Origin: an uncultured Akkermansia sp.
GTDB lineage: Bacteria; Verrucomicrobiota; Verrucomicrobiia; Verrucomicrobiales; V1-33
Reading direction: 5' to 3'
Length of the DNA: 64,000 bases
Assembly: GCA_964523105.1 (NCBI GenBank)
Contig: CAZFZN010000032.1
Span: 20,570-84,569 of the forward strand
Positions 1 to 8,439 of the stretch are shown in pieces. Within the stretch, counting starts at the first letter, position 1, and every line of letters starts with the position of its first letter. A program made the translations under genes and the position numbers. The notes beneath the pieces are model-generated. The model did no database searches. It worked only from the letters and a program-made list of their open reading frames with translations, and was not told the DNA's origin.

Positions 1-354
1 GTCGTCATTTGCGCGCTGACCATGGCCGCCGGCACCGCCGCCGGCGGATGGAAGATCATCAAGACCATGGGCCACAAGATGGTGAAGCTGCAGCCCGTGC
101 ACGGCTTCGCCGCGGAAACGACCGCCGCCAGCGTGCTCTTCGTCACCGGCACCCTCGGCATGCCCGTTTCCACCACTCACGCCATCACCACCAGCATCAT
201 GGGAGTCGGCTGCGCCAAGCGCTTCAGCGCGCTCAAGCTGGGAGTCGTCGAACGCATCCTCTGGGCATGGCTCATGACCATCCCGGCCGCCGGCGGCCTC
301 GCCTTCGCCTTCGTCTGGATTGCCGGCAAACTGGGCTGGCTGAGCTTCTCCTGA
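1..354 (+). CDS. pit: PiT-family inorganic phosphate transporter, C-terminal fragment (5' end lies outside the window)
   Basis: Frame 1 is open from nt 1. The translation GTAAGGWKIIKTMGHKMVKLQPVHGFAAETTAA...STTHAITTSIMGVG matches the conserved C-terminal PiT repeat. It sits next to phoU/pst. Confidence 0.85.
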   Translation, partial: VVICALTMAAGTAAGGWKIIKTMGHKMVKLQPVHGFAAETTAASVLFVTGTLGMPVSTTHAITTSIMGVGCAKRFSALKLGVVERILWAWLMTIPAAGGLAFAFVWIAGKLGWLSFS

Positions 355-366
355 AGCCGGGCGGCC

Positions 367-1059
367 TTACTTCACCTCCGGGCGTTCCCCGCCGTGGCGG
401 ATGTCCTTGGCGGTGAGCAAATAGACGGCGTCCTCGGCGATGTTCACAGCCTGGTCGCCGATGCGCTCGATGAAGCGGCAGCAGAAGAGGAGGTCCACGT
501 AGGTGGAGACATTGCCGGGATCGACGCCCATGCGGGCGACGACGCGTTTGTTGTAGGCCTGATAGGCGGCGTCGAGTTCGGCATCGCGGCCCTGGATCAT
601 GAGTGCCGCCTGGAGGTCGCCCTCACAAAATGAACTGATGGCGTCCTTGAGCATGGCCGCGGCGAGTTCATAGACGGCGGGAATGCCGTCGGTCTCGGCC
701 ACGGGCTCGGCAACGCTGATGCGTTTGGCCCGCTTCGCCACGCTGACAGCGTGATCACTGATGCGCTCAATGGCCTGGGCGGCTTTCATGGTGGAAATGA
801 TCCGGCGCAGATCCTTGGCCACGGGGCTGAACTTCATGATGATCTCGACGCCTTCGCGGTCGATCTGCACCTCCAGTTCGTCCACCTGCTCGTCGTCGGT
901 GATGGCACGGTTGCAGAAGTCCACGTTGCGCTCGAGCAGGCCGCGCACGGCGTGGTCCAGATTGGCGCGGGCGAGCCGGCCCATCTGGCGGATGTCCTCG
1001 TTGAGGTGGCGGATGGCGTCTTCAAACACGCCGAGAATGTGGCGGGATTCGGTTGGCAT
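367..1059 (-). CDS. phoU: Phosphate signalling complex protein PhoU
   Basis: 230 aa with two PhoU repeats (DExVDxLE..., ERIGDQAVNIAE). It lies directly downstream of pstB on the same strand. Confidence 0.9.
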   Translation of the reverse strand: MPTESRHILGVFEDAIRHLNEDIRQMGRLARANLDHAVRGLLERNVDFCNRAITDDEQVDELEVQIDREGVEIIMKFSPVAKDLRRIISTMKAAQAIERISDHAVSVAKRAKRISVAEPVAETDGIPAVYELAAAMLKDAISSFCEGDLQAALMIQGRDAELDAAYQAYNKRVVARMGVDPGNVSTYVDLLFCCRFIERIGDQAVNIAEDAVYLLTAKDIRHGGERPEVK

Positions 1060-1205
1060 GGGGGTGAATGATTTGGCGTTGTACTGCGGGGAGGTCGGTA
1101 TCTATTTCGTAAGATTCGCGGCGAAGGAGGGGTTGCTTTTCAGTGCTCAGCGCGGCCGTGCGGGTGGACTGCACCACTGCGCACCGTGAACTAAGCACGT
1201 ATCCA

Positions 1206-2024
1206 TCAACCGTATCGCCCCTCGATATACATCGCCGTCTTCTCATTCTTCGGATTGAAGAACAAGTCCTGCGTGGAGGCGTGCTCGATGATTTCACCCA
1301 TGAGCATGAAGATGCACTCGTCGCTGGCGCGGCGGGCCTGAGCCATGTTGTGGGTGACGATGACGATGGTGAAGCGCTCTTTGAGGCTGGCGATGAGTTC
1401 CTCGATGCGCTCGATGCCGGCGGCATCGAGGGCGGAACAGGGCTCGTCCATGAGGATGATGCGCGGCTTGATCGGCAGCAGCCGGGCGATGCAGAGTTTC
1501 TGCTGCTGTTCGAGGGTGAGCTCGGTGGCTTTGCGCTTCAGGTTGTCCTTGGTTTCATTCCAAAGCGCGACTTCGCGCAGGGCGCTTTCGACGTGACCGT
1601 CGAGATCGGAACGGGAAAGCTCCCTGCCGGGGACGTGGCTCTTGATTCCGAAGATGATGTTTTCGTAGATGGAGATCGGCAGCGGATTGGGGCGCTGGAA
1701 TACCATGCCCACGGTTTTGCGCAGCGTGGCGACACTCACATCCTCGTCGAGAATGTTCTTTGTGAGAATGCTGATCTCGCCTTTGGTGCTGACATTTCCG
1801 TAGCGCTCATTGATGCGGTTGAAGGAGCGCAGCAGCGTGGTCTTGCCGCACCCGCTGGGGCCGATGAGGCCGGTGACGATGCCCTGACGAATGTCGCTGC
1901 TGACCTTGATAAGGGCCTGAAAGGTGCCGTACCAAAGACTGAAATCGCGGACCCGGATGCTGACGTCGTGGTGAGACCACGCCGACTGCACGGGCTGGAA
2001 GGTGGAAGCGGAAGGGGCCGTCAT
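1206..2024 (-). CDS. pstB: Phosphate ABC transporter ATP-binding protein PstB (canonical Walker A/Q/H, degenerate signature)
   Basis: Walker A GPSGCGKTT, Q-loop VGMVFQRPNP, Walker B ILMDEPCSALD, H-loop VTHNMAQA, C-terminal YIEGRYG as in PstB. The signature reads LTLEQQQKL rather than LSGGQQQRL. Confidence 0.9.
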   Translation of the reverse strand: MTAPSASTFQPVQSAWSHHDVSIRVRDFSLWYGTFQALIKVSSDIRQGIVTGLIGPSGCGKTTLLRSFNRINERYGNVSTKGEISILTKNILDEDVSVATLRKTVGMVFQRPNPLPISIYENIIFGIKSHVPGRELSRSDLDGHVESALREVALWNETKDNLKRKATELTLEQQQKLCIARLLPIKPRIILMDEPCSALDAAGIERIEELIASLKERFTIVIVTHNMAQARRASDECIFMLMGEIIEHASTQDLFFNPKNEKTAMYIEGRYG

Positions 2025-2027
2025 GGT

Positions 2028-2780
2028 TTAACCGAAATCTCCGTTGAGGTAACGCCCGGTGATCTCCTTGGCGGGCGAGTTGAACATCTGATCCGTCGGG
2101 CCCCACTCCACAAGCTCGGAGTCGTTGAGAAACATGACCTCATCCGCCATGCGGCGCGCCTGCTGGGTGAGGTTCGTCACCAGCACGATGGTCATCTTCT
2201 GCTTCAATCCGGTGAGCACCTCCTCGATCTTCATCGTGGTCACGGGATCGATGGCGATGGAAAATTCATCGAGGCAAAGGATTTCGGGATCGAGTGACAG
2301 GGCCCGGGCGAGCGTGAGGCGCTGCTGCTGACCGCCGCTGAGGCGGGTCCCCAGCAGATCGAGCCGGTCCTTCACTTCATCCCAGAGCACGGAGTCCCGC
2401 AGGCAGCGCTCCACGATGCCATCGAGTTCCGCCTTGCTGCTCACCCCCATGCGGCGCGGGGCATAGGCGACATTGTCGTAAACGCTCATGGGCAGGCCGA
2501 CGGGCAGCGGAAAAACCATGCCGATGCGGCGGCGCAGGGAATACACATCCTTGATATGCTTCACGTCTTCGCCGGAGACCTGGACCTCACCGGTGACGCG
2601 TGCCGAGTCGTTGAACTCGATGGTGCGGTTGATGCACTTGAGCATGGTGGTCTTGCCGCTGTTGGCGGGACCGACGACGGCGAAGACGGTGTTTCGCAGG
2701 ATGCGGAACTTCAGTTCATCCAGCGCCTGCTTGTGGCCGTAATGAACGCTGACGTCTCGAAACTCGATGTGGGTGGACAT
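2028..2780 (-). CDS. Second PstB-like ABC ATPase (canonical signature, degenerate Q-loop and H-loop)
   Basis: Walker A GPANSGKT, signature LSGGQQQRL, Walker B LCLDEF, PstB-like C-terminus GRYLNGDFG. The Q-loop reads MVFPLP and the H-loop reads VTNLTQQA. Confidence 0.85.
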   Translation of the reverse strand: MSTHIEFRDVSVHYGHKQALDELKFRILRNTVFAVVGPANSGKTTMLKCINRTIEFNDSARVTGEVQVSGEDVKHIKDVYSLRRRIGMVFPLPVGLPMSVYDNVAYAPRRMGVSSKAELDGIVERCLRDSVLWDEVKDRLDLLGTRLSGGQQQRLTLARALSLDPEILCLDEFSIAIDPVTTMKIEEVLTGLKQKMTIVLVTNLTQQARRMADEVMFLNDSELVEWGPTDQMFNSPAKEITGRYLNGDFG

Positions 2781-2799
2781 TGCGAAGAACGGGGACGGG

Positions 2800-3750
2800 T
2801 TACCACTTTCTGCCGCGGCGCAGTTTGCTGCGCAGGAAAATGGAGAAACTGTTGATGAGGATGATAAGCAGAATCATGGCGGCGGCACAGGCGAACTTTT
2901 TGCTCTCCGGCATGCCGGAGATTTCCCCGGCGATGATTTTGAGGTGATAGGACAGCGCCCGGAACTCCTCGCCCAGACTGTAGGGGAAGAGCTTCTCCGG
3001 GAAGGTGTCCGCCACGTAGGCCGTGAACGAAGCGCCGGTCAGAAGGATGGGCGCAGTCTCGCCGGCAGCCCGGGAGACGCTGAGAATGATGCCGGTCAGA
3101 ATGCCGCTGATGCTGTTGGGCAGGACCACGGTGCGGATCGTCTGCCAGCGGCTGGCGCCGAGATTCCAGCAGGCTTCCCGGAAGCTTCGCGGCACCGCAC
3201 TCAGCGCTTCCCGCGTGCTCGTGATGACCAGCGGCAGTTCCATGACCGCGATGGTCAGCGCGGCCGTGAGCAGGCCTGCACGCCATTTGGTCGTGGGATC
3301 GTCGAACATGGTATTGATGAGCGGGAGCAGTCCGAAAACGAACGCCCCCAGGCCGAACAAACCGGTCACAATGCTGGGCACGCCCGCCAGACTGGTCACG
3401 GCCATGCCAATGGCCCGGGTGCCCCAGTTCTCTTTGGCATACTCATGGAGATAAATGCCGGCCAGGACGCCCACGGGAACGGCGACGCACAAAGAGCAAA
3501 GCACGAGATAGAACGTTCCCAGAAGCGGCGCCCAGATGCCGCCGGAAATGCCTTTGTCCACGGGGTTGTCGAGGATGTAGCCGGGCGTGAATTCCGGCAG
3601 CGCATGCCAGACGACGTAGCTGATAATGAACAGCACCGGCGTGAGCAGAAGCCAGCAGGCGACGGCCGTGCCGCCGGCGGCGATGCGGCTGCGCGAGGCC
3701 TTGGAGATTTCGTATCCGGTGGCGGCGAAGGGGTTGGCGGGAGCGGACAT
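2800..3750 (-). CDS. pstA: Phosphate ABC transporter permease PstA
   Basis: Multi-TM permease with the EAA-type loop REACWNLGASRWQTIRTVVLP and the PstA-type GETAPIL motif. Its operon position is after pstC. Confidence 0.88.
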   Translation of the reverse strand: MSAPANPFAATGYEISKASRSRIAAGGTAVACWLLLTPVLFIISYVVWHALPEFTPGYILDNPVDKGISGGIWAPLLGTFYLVLCSLCVAVPVGVLAGIYLHEYAKENWGTRAIGMAVTSLAGVPSIVTGLFGLGAFVFGLLPLINTMFDDPTTKWRAGLLTAALTIAVMELPLVITSTREALSAVPRSFREACWNLGASRWQTIRTVVLPNSISGILTGIILSVSRAAGETAPILLTGASFTAYVADTFPEKLFPYSLGEEFRALSYHLKIIAGEISGMPESKKFACAAAMILLIILINSFSIFLRSKLRRGRKW

Positions 3751-3759
3751 GTCTGCAGA

Positions 3760-4686
3760 TTAGTGGTGCCGGGCGCCACGGCCCTTGATAACGAGGTCGG
3801 CGATGACGTTGATGGTGCCGGTGATGACGAAGAGCAGCAGGCCGAGAACGAAGAGAACCCGGTAATGGGAGTCCCCGTGTACAGTTTCCGCCATCTCCGC
3901 CGCGATCGTCGCGGTGATCGTCCGCACCGGATCCGTCAGGGCCGAGGGAATCTGATTGTTGTGACCGGTGGCGAGCAGCGCGGCCATCGTTTCCCCCACC
4001 GCGCGGCCCAGGCCGAGCATGACGGAGGCGAGCAATCCGGTTTTCGCGGCCGGAAAGAGCACGCGATAGACGATCTCCCACTTGCTGGCTCCGAGCGCCA
4101 GCGCCGCCTCGCGATAGGAATCCGGCACCGCGCGCAGCGCATCCTCACCCAGGGAGACGATCAGCGGCACGCTCATCAGACCCAACACGATGCCGCCCAC
4201 GAGCAAATTTCCCGGCTGCCGGGCTCCGAGCAGATCCTGAATCCAGGGACCCAGAACTGTCAGGCCGATGACACCCCACACAATGGAGGGAATCGCGGCC
4301 AGCAGTTCAATGACCACCTTCAGCACCTCCTTCACTTTTCCCGTGGCGAACTCAGAAAGGTACACTGCCGCCGCGAGCCCGAAGGGCACAGCGATGCACA
4401 ATGCGATCGCGGTGGTTGAGAAGGTGCCCACGATGAGCGCGAACGCCCCGAAGTGCGCCTCGTTCCCTTCGGCCGGGTGGGGAATCCACCGGGTACTCCC
4501 GAAGAATTCCGCCCAGTCCATCCTGCCCATGACCGGTCCCGCCTCCTTCACGATAAAGATGAAGATGGCCGCCAGCGCCGCGATGGCGCTCCAGCCGCAG
4601 ACGCGAATCAGGGACTCTATCGGTTTTTCCAACCGGTCGCTCCACAGCGACTTTCGCTGGCTCCTGGGTGTGGAAGGGTCTGGCAT
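3760..4686 (-). CDS. pstC: Phosphate ABC transporter permease PstC
   Basis: Multi-TM permease with DALRAVPDSYREAALALGASKWE and the PstC-type GRAVGETMA motif. It lies between pstS and pstA. Confidence 0.88.
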   Translation of the reverse strand: MPDPSTPRSQRKSLWSDRLEKPIESLIRVCGWSAIAALAAIFIFIVKEAGPVMGRMDWAEFFGSTRWIPHPAEGNEAHFGAFALIVGTFSTTAIALCIAVPFGLAAAVYLSEFATGKVKEVLKVVIELLAAIPSIVWGVIGLTVLGPWIQDLLGARQPGNLLVGGIVLGLMSVPLIVSLGEDALRAVPDSYREAALALGASKWEIVYRVLFPAAKTGLLASVMLGLGRAVGETMAALLATGHNNQIPSALTDPVRTITATIAAEMAETVHGDSHYRVLFVLGLLLFVITGTINVIADLVIKGRGARHH

Positions 4687-4781
4687 AAGGGGCGGTCGAT
4701 GCCGGCAAATGACGGTTTTCCGGAGGAGGCGGACTCATGGCGCACCCTGAGTCCGCCCGGGATCATTCGGGGACGGAGTGG

Positions 4782-5642
4782 TTATTTGAGGGAAACGAAT
4801 CCCTCTTTGCTCACGATGGCCTGACCTTCCGGGCCTTTGACCCAGTCGAGAAAAGCCTTCACGTCGCCCTCCGGCTCACCGAGGGTGTAAATGTAAAGTT
4901 CCCGGGCGATGGGATATGTTTTGCTGCGGGCGGCCACTTCGCCTGGCTCGATGCCCTCTTCGCCCTTTTTGGCGGATACTTTGAGCCAGTTCACTTTGTC
5001 GTTCTTGTATCCCATGCCGCTGTAACCCATGGCGCTTTCAGTCTTGCTGATCGTTTCGATCACCTCGGTGGAGCCGACCAGTTCGCTGATGCCCTGACGG
5101 AATTCCCGGGCCTTGCCCTCAGGCGTCTTGCCGCAAATGTGCTCCCGGAAATAGTCGTAGGTGCCGGAGTTGTTCTGCCGGCCCACGAGGCTGATTTTTC
5201 CGCCCGTTCCGCCAAGCTGCTCCCAGGTTTCGATCGCGCCGCCCTCGGCCCAAATCTCGGTGAGTTCCTCCACGGAAATCTGTTTGATCGGGTTGGAGGG
5301 GTGTGTGTAAACAGCCAGGGCATCGAAGCAGACCACGTGCTCCACCACGTCCTTGCCGGTCGCGGCCTTGATCTTCTCGATCTCCTCCTTTTTGATCTTC
5401 CGGCTGCTGTTGCAGATGTCGGTGGTGTTGTTTTGCAGCGCAGCGATGCCGGTGCCGGAGCCTCCGCCCGTAGCGCTGATTTTGACTTCCGGATTGACTT
5501 TGTTGTAGGCTTCCGACCACGCTGTGGCGAGCTGAATAAGCGTATCCGAGCCCTTGGCCTGGATGACTTTCGTCTTCTTGCCGCAGGAGGTCAGACCGGT
5601 GACGGCGACGGCGGCGAGCGCGAGAAATGTAATGCGTTTCAT
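4782..5642 (-). CDS. pstS: Phosphate-binding lipoprotein PstS
   Basis: PBP-like sequence (GSDT, ATGGGSGTG, NSGT). I chose the start at MKRITFLALAAVAVTGLTSCG because it gives a lipobox signal peptide. The track ORF extends to 5723. Confidence 0.85.
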   Translation of the reverse strand: MKRITFLALAAVAVTGLTSCGKKTKVIQAKGSDTLIQLATAWSEAYNKVNPEVKISATGGGSGTGIAALQNNTTDICNSSRKIKKEEIEKIKAATGKDVVEHVVCFDALAVYTHPSNPIKQISVEELTEIWAEGGAIETWEQLGGTGGKISLVGRQNNSGTYDYFREHICGKTPEGKAREFRQGISELVGSTEVIETISKTESAMGYSGMGYKNDKVNWLKVSAKKGEEGIEPGEVAARSKTYPIARELYIYTLGEPEGDVKAFLDWVKGPEGQAIVSKEGFVSLK

Positions 5643-5810
5643 TTGGTGCGGTGTGTTTGGGGTGTTGGCATTCCCGTGAGAGGAAGGCGGCGATGAGTGA
5701 TGCGGAATCTGCGCAGGGTCCAAGTTTTCTGTGTTCCAATTTCGTCACAATGACGTGCAACGGAATCGTCACGCGCCGGGATTTGTAATCTGCACAAACT
5801 GCCTCACAAA

Positions 5811-6470
5811 ATGAACCCAGCCCCGGACTCCGGGAATGCTCCTGCCAGTGCCCTATCCGATCTTCACAGAATGACCACACGGCCCGAACAATCCGGGAAG
5901 GCGGCGGACTTCACAGTCCGGGACGCGGGGGATGGCAGCCTGCTCACCGGAATCCTGCGCACCATGGACAGTCTGGCGGATGCCTGTCTGGTGGCGGAAC
6001 CGGATGGCAGGCTGCGCTACGCCAACGAATCCGCGCGCCAGCTCCTGCGCATGAAGGGACGGGCCACGGGGCGCAAACTTCCCTCTGTGCTGGCCGAGCG
6101 GCATGCCGTGGAAATCTTCGAAGAGGCGGTCGCCGCGAGCCGTCCCCGGGCGGCGATCCTTCCGCTCACATTCTCCAGCGACGGCGCGCGCAATTTCGCC
6201 ATCAGCGTGGTGCCGCTGGTCATTCCGGGCGAAGGCCGATTTTACCGCATCGCCCTCTCTCCCGCCGGCACTCCCGCGGCGCTGCCGGGCGGCAGTGAAT
6301 CCGCCGCCGTGCTGGAAAAACTCGGCGACCCTCTGAGCATCATTCAGGGCTATCTGGAAAACATGCTCGACGGCGTGATCAAGGAACCCGCGGTGATGCG
6401 TCAGTGCCTCAGCGCCATGCAGCGTCAGGCCATGCAGATGCAGCGGGTGCTCAATGCGCTGCGCTCCTGA
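5811..6470 (+). CDS. PAS domain plus DHp-like helix protein lacking the phospho-acceptor His and any HATPase domain (PhoR-like pseudo-sensor)
   Basis: PAS-like core LADACLVAEPDGRLRYANESARQLL. The C-terminal LEKLGDPLSIIQGYLENML aligns with the PhoR H-box xSHELRTPLTVIKGYLE, but His is replaced. The ORF ends about 50 aa later with no catalytic domain. Confidence 0.6.
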   Translation: MNPAPDSGNAPASALSDLHRMTTRPEQSGKAADFTVRDAGDGSLLTGILRTMDSLADACLVAEPDGRLRYANESARQLLRMKGRATGRKLPSVLAERHAVEIFEEAVAASRPRAAILPLTFSSDGARNFAISVVPLVIPGEGRFYRIALSPAGTPAALPGGSESAAVLEKLGDPLSIIQGYLENMLDGVIKEPAVMRQCLSAMQRQAMQMQRVLNALRS

Positions 6471-6486
6471 TGCTCCCGCCGCCGCT

Positions 6487-7623
6487 TCAGACGGCCCTTC
6501 TCACGGTGCGGCTGGTGATGCCCGTGAAAAGTTGCCAGGGGATGAGGCCGGCCTGACGGGCCAGTTCCGGTGCCGTGATCACCGCATCTCCCTGCCGTCC
6601 CAGGAGCACGGCCTCATCCCCCGGCTGCGGCGGCGCAGGCAGGTCCGTGACATCAGTCAGGAGCTGATCCATGGTGACCCGCCCGAGAATGGGACAGCGC
6701 CGGCCCGCGATGAGCGCGGCGCCGCCCTGACCGGAAACCTGGCGCGGGTAGCCGTCGCCGTAGCCGGCCGCCAGCGAGGCCACGAGCGTCTCACGCGCGG
6801 TGATGAAACTGCGCCCGTAACTGATGCCGTGCCCCGCCGGCAGCCGGCGCACCAGCGTGACCCGCGTCTTCCATGTCAGAGCCGGCCGGAGCTGCGTCTG
6901 ATATTTCTCCAGCGGCGAGACTCCGTAGAGCATCAGCCCGGCGCGCACCAGCTCTCCGGGCTGGCGCGGATAGTGCAGAATGCCGGCGCTGTTGGCAAGG
7001 TGCGTGCGGAAAGGTCCGAACTCGCGCCGCCATTCCTCCACAAGCGCGCGAAACCGCGATTCCTGTTCCGTCGTGAAGGACTCGTCCTCATCCGAGGACG
7101 GAAAGTGACTCGACACGCTGTCGAGCATGAGCTGCGGACTCGCCTGCACCGCCCGCAGCACGGCGGGCGCATCCTCCGGCAGTGCTCCCATGCGGCCCAT
7201 GCCGGTGTCCACCACCACATTCACCGCGGTCCGTTTTTCCCCGCCCGCCCCGGCAAACCGCTGCACCTCCTCCACCGTCGAGACCGCGGGGATGAATCCA
7301 TGCCTGACAATCTCCCCCGTCTGCGCCGGCAGGGCGGGGCTCAGAATGTAAACGGGCGGGACGCGTCCGCTGCCGTGCCCGGCGGCACACCGCTCGACCA
7401 CCACCGCCTCCTCCACGCACGCCACCGCAAACGCCCCGATGTCCTCCGCGAGCGCGCGCACGGTCTGTTCGAGACCGTGACCGTAGGCATCCGCCTTCAC
7501 CACCGCCATGACACACTCCCGGCCGCCGCCGGCCAGTCTGCCGGCGACTGCGGCATTGGCGCGCAGCGCTTCGCGGCTGACTTCAATCCAGCAGCGCAGG
7601 GAATCTCCGGACACGGCGCTCAT
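6487..7623 (-). CDS. alr: Alanine racemase
   Basis: PLP-lysine motif AVVKADAYGHG and a typical length of 378 aa. Confidence 0.88.
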   Translation of the reverse strand: MSAVSGDSLRCWIEVSREALRANAAVAGRLAGGGRECVMAVVKADAYGHGLEQTVRALAEDIGAFAVACVEEAVVVERCAAGHGSGRVPPVYILSPALPAQTGEIVRHGFIPAVSTVEEVQRFAGAGGEKRTAVNVVVDTGMGRMGALPEDAPAVLRAVQASPQLMLDSVSSHFPSSDEDESFTTEQESRFRALVEEWRREFGPFRTHLANSAGILHYPRQPGELVRAGLMLYGVSPLEKYQTQLRPALTWKTRVTLVRRLPAGHGISYGRSFITARETLVASLAAGYGDGYPRQVSGQGGAALIAGRRCPILGRVTMDQLLTDVTDLPAPPQPGDEAVLLGRQGDAVITAPELARQAGLIPWQLFTGITSRTVRRAV

Positions 7624-8375
7624 GATCCGCGCCGCATGGCCTCCTCCGCGGCAGTCAGGGCTGATTGATTATTCCATGCCGCCGCAACGTCCTCCAGCGC
7701 CGCGCGCGGCGCCTCCCGGAGCGCCCGGCAACGTTCCACCAGCAGCGGCAGACAGCGCATCAGGTTGTCCACGATCGTCAGCGTGGCCGTGCGCGCCGTG
7801 CGCGAGAGCGGATTGAGGTCCACGGTGATCACCTTTTTCCCGTTCTGCACGAGGGCTCCGCAGCGGTCGCCGTCCTCCAGCGGCACGAAGACGACATCCG
7901 CGCGAAAGATTCCGTCAGGGTGAATCCAGCGCCTGTTGTGTTCGATGTGGTCCAGCGCGTGCGTGCGCGACGGCAGCAGCACTTCCTCCGCCCCGGCTGC
8001 CACGAGCGCACCGCGGATGGCCTGCTCGCGCTCCGCCGAGGTGTGGAAAATGTTCACCTCCAGCCTGGCGCCGCACGCAGCGGCGAGCGCCGTGAGATGC
8101 TCCGCGGCGAGCGCACAGGCGTTGCCGTTCACCGAAATCACCGGCCACTCCGCCGTCAGCAGCAGCGCCGCCGCGGCTTCGACGGCTGAAACCGCGAAAT
8201 CATGTGTACGTTCTCCAAGCAGATAATCGAAGGCCTCGCCGCGGCCGTGCGCGATCAGGCCGTGCATGGAAGTTATGCCGCATTCCACGCCGTGCACGAT
8301 CCTTTCCCGCGCCATCAGGGAATGATAGCGGGGATGGGAGAGGGGAACATCGGAACGGGCCGCCGGAGAGGACAT
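7620..8375 (-). CDS. 4-phosphopantoate--beta-alanine ligase (archaeal-type phosphopantothenate synthetase, COG1701/PF02006 family)
   Basis: Motifs HPRYHSLxxRE, GLIAHGRGEAFDYLLGE, VISVNGN, LEVNIFH, VPLEDGDR and ITVDLNPLSRTA match my recollection of archaeal PPS. Its stop overlaps the alr start by ATGA. Confidence 0.75.
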   Translation of the reverse strand: MSSPAARSDVPLSHPRYHSLMARERIVHGVECGITSMHGLIAHGRGEAFDYLLGERTHDFAVSAVEAAAALLLTAEWPVISVNGNACALAAEHLTALAAACGARLEVNIFHTSAEREQAIRGALVAAGAEEVLLPSRTHALDHIEHNRRWIHPDGIFRADVVFVPLEDGDRCGALVQNGKKVITVDLNPLSRTARTATLTIVDNLMRCLPLLVERCRALREAPRAALEDVAAAWNNQSALTAAEEAMRRGS

Positions 8376-8439
8376 GAAAGCCCGTTCCTAGTGCAACCTT
8401 CCCGGGTGGCAAGCCCGCCTGTGGCTCCTCCGCGCCGGG

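Noticed and set aside
2767-4419. 550-aa + strand ORF spanning pstA and pstC
   Set aside because: It is antisense to two well-supported permease genes. The translation is Arg/Gly/Asp/His-rich low-complexity sequence with no recognisable motifs. This is a typical high-GC shadow ORF.
5643-5810. Canonical enterobacterial Pho box (CTGTCATA-A/T-A-A/T-CTGTCA-C/T) upstream of pstS
   Set aside because: There is no convincing match. Only the lineage-specific repeats reported as a low-interest finding are present.
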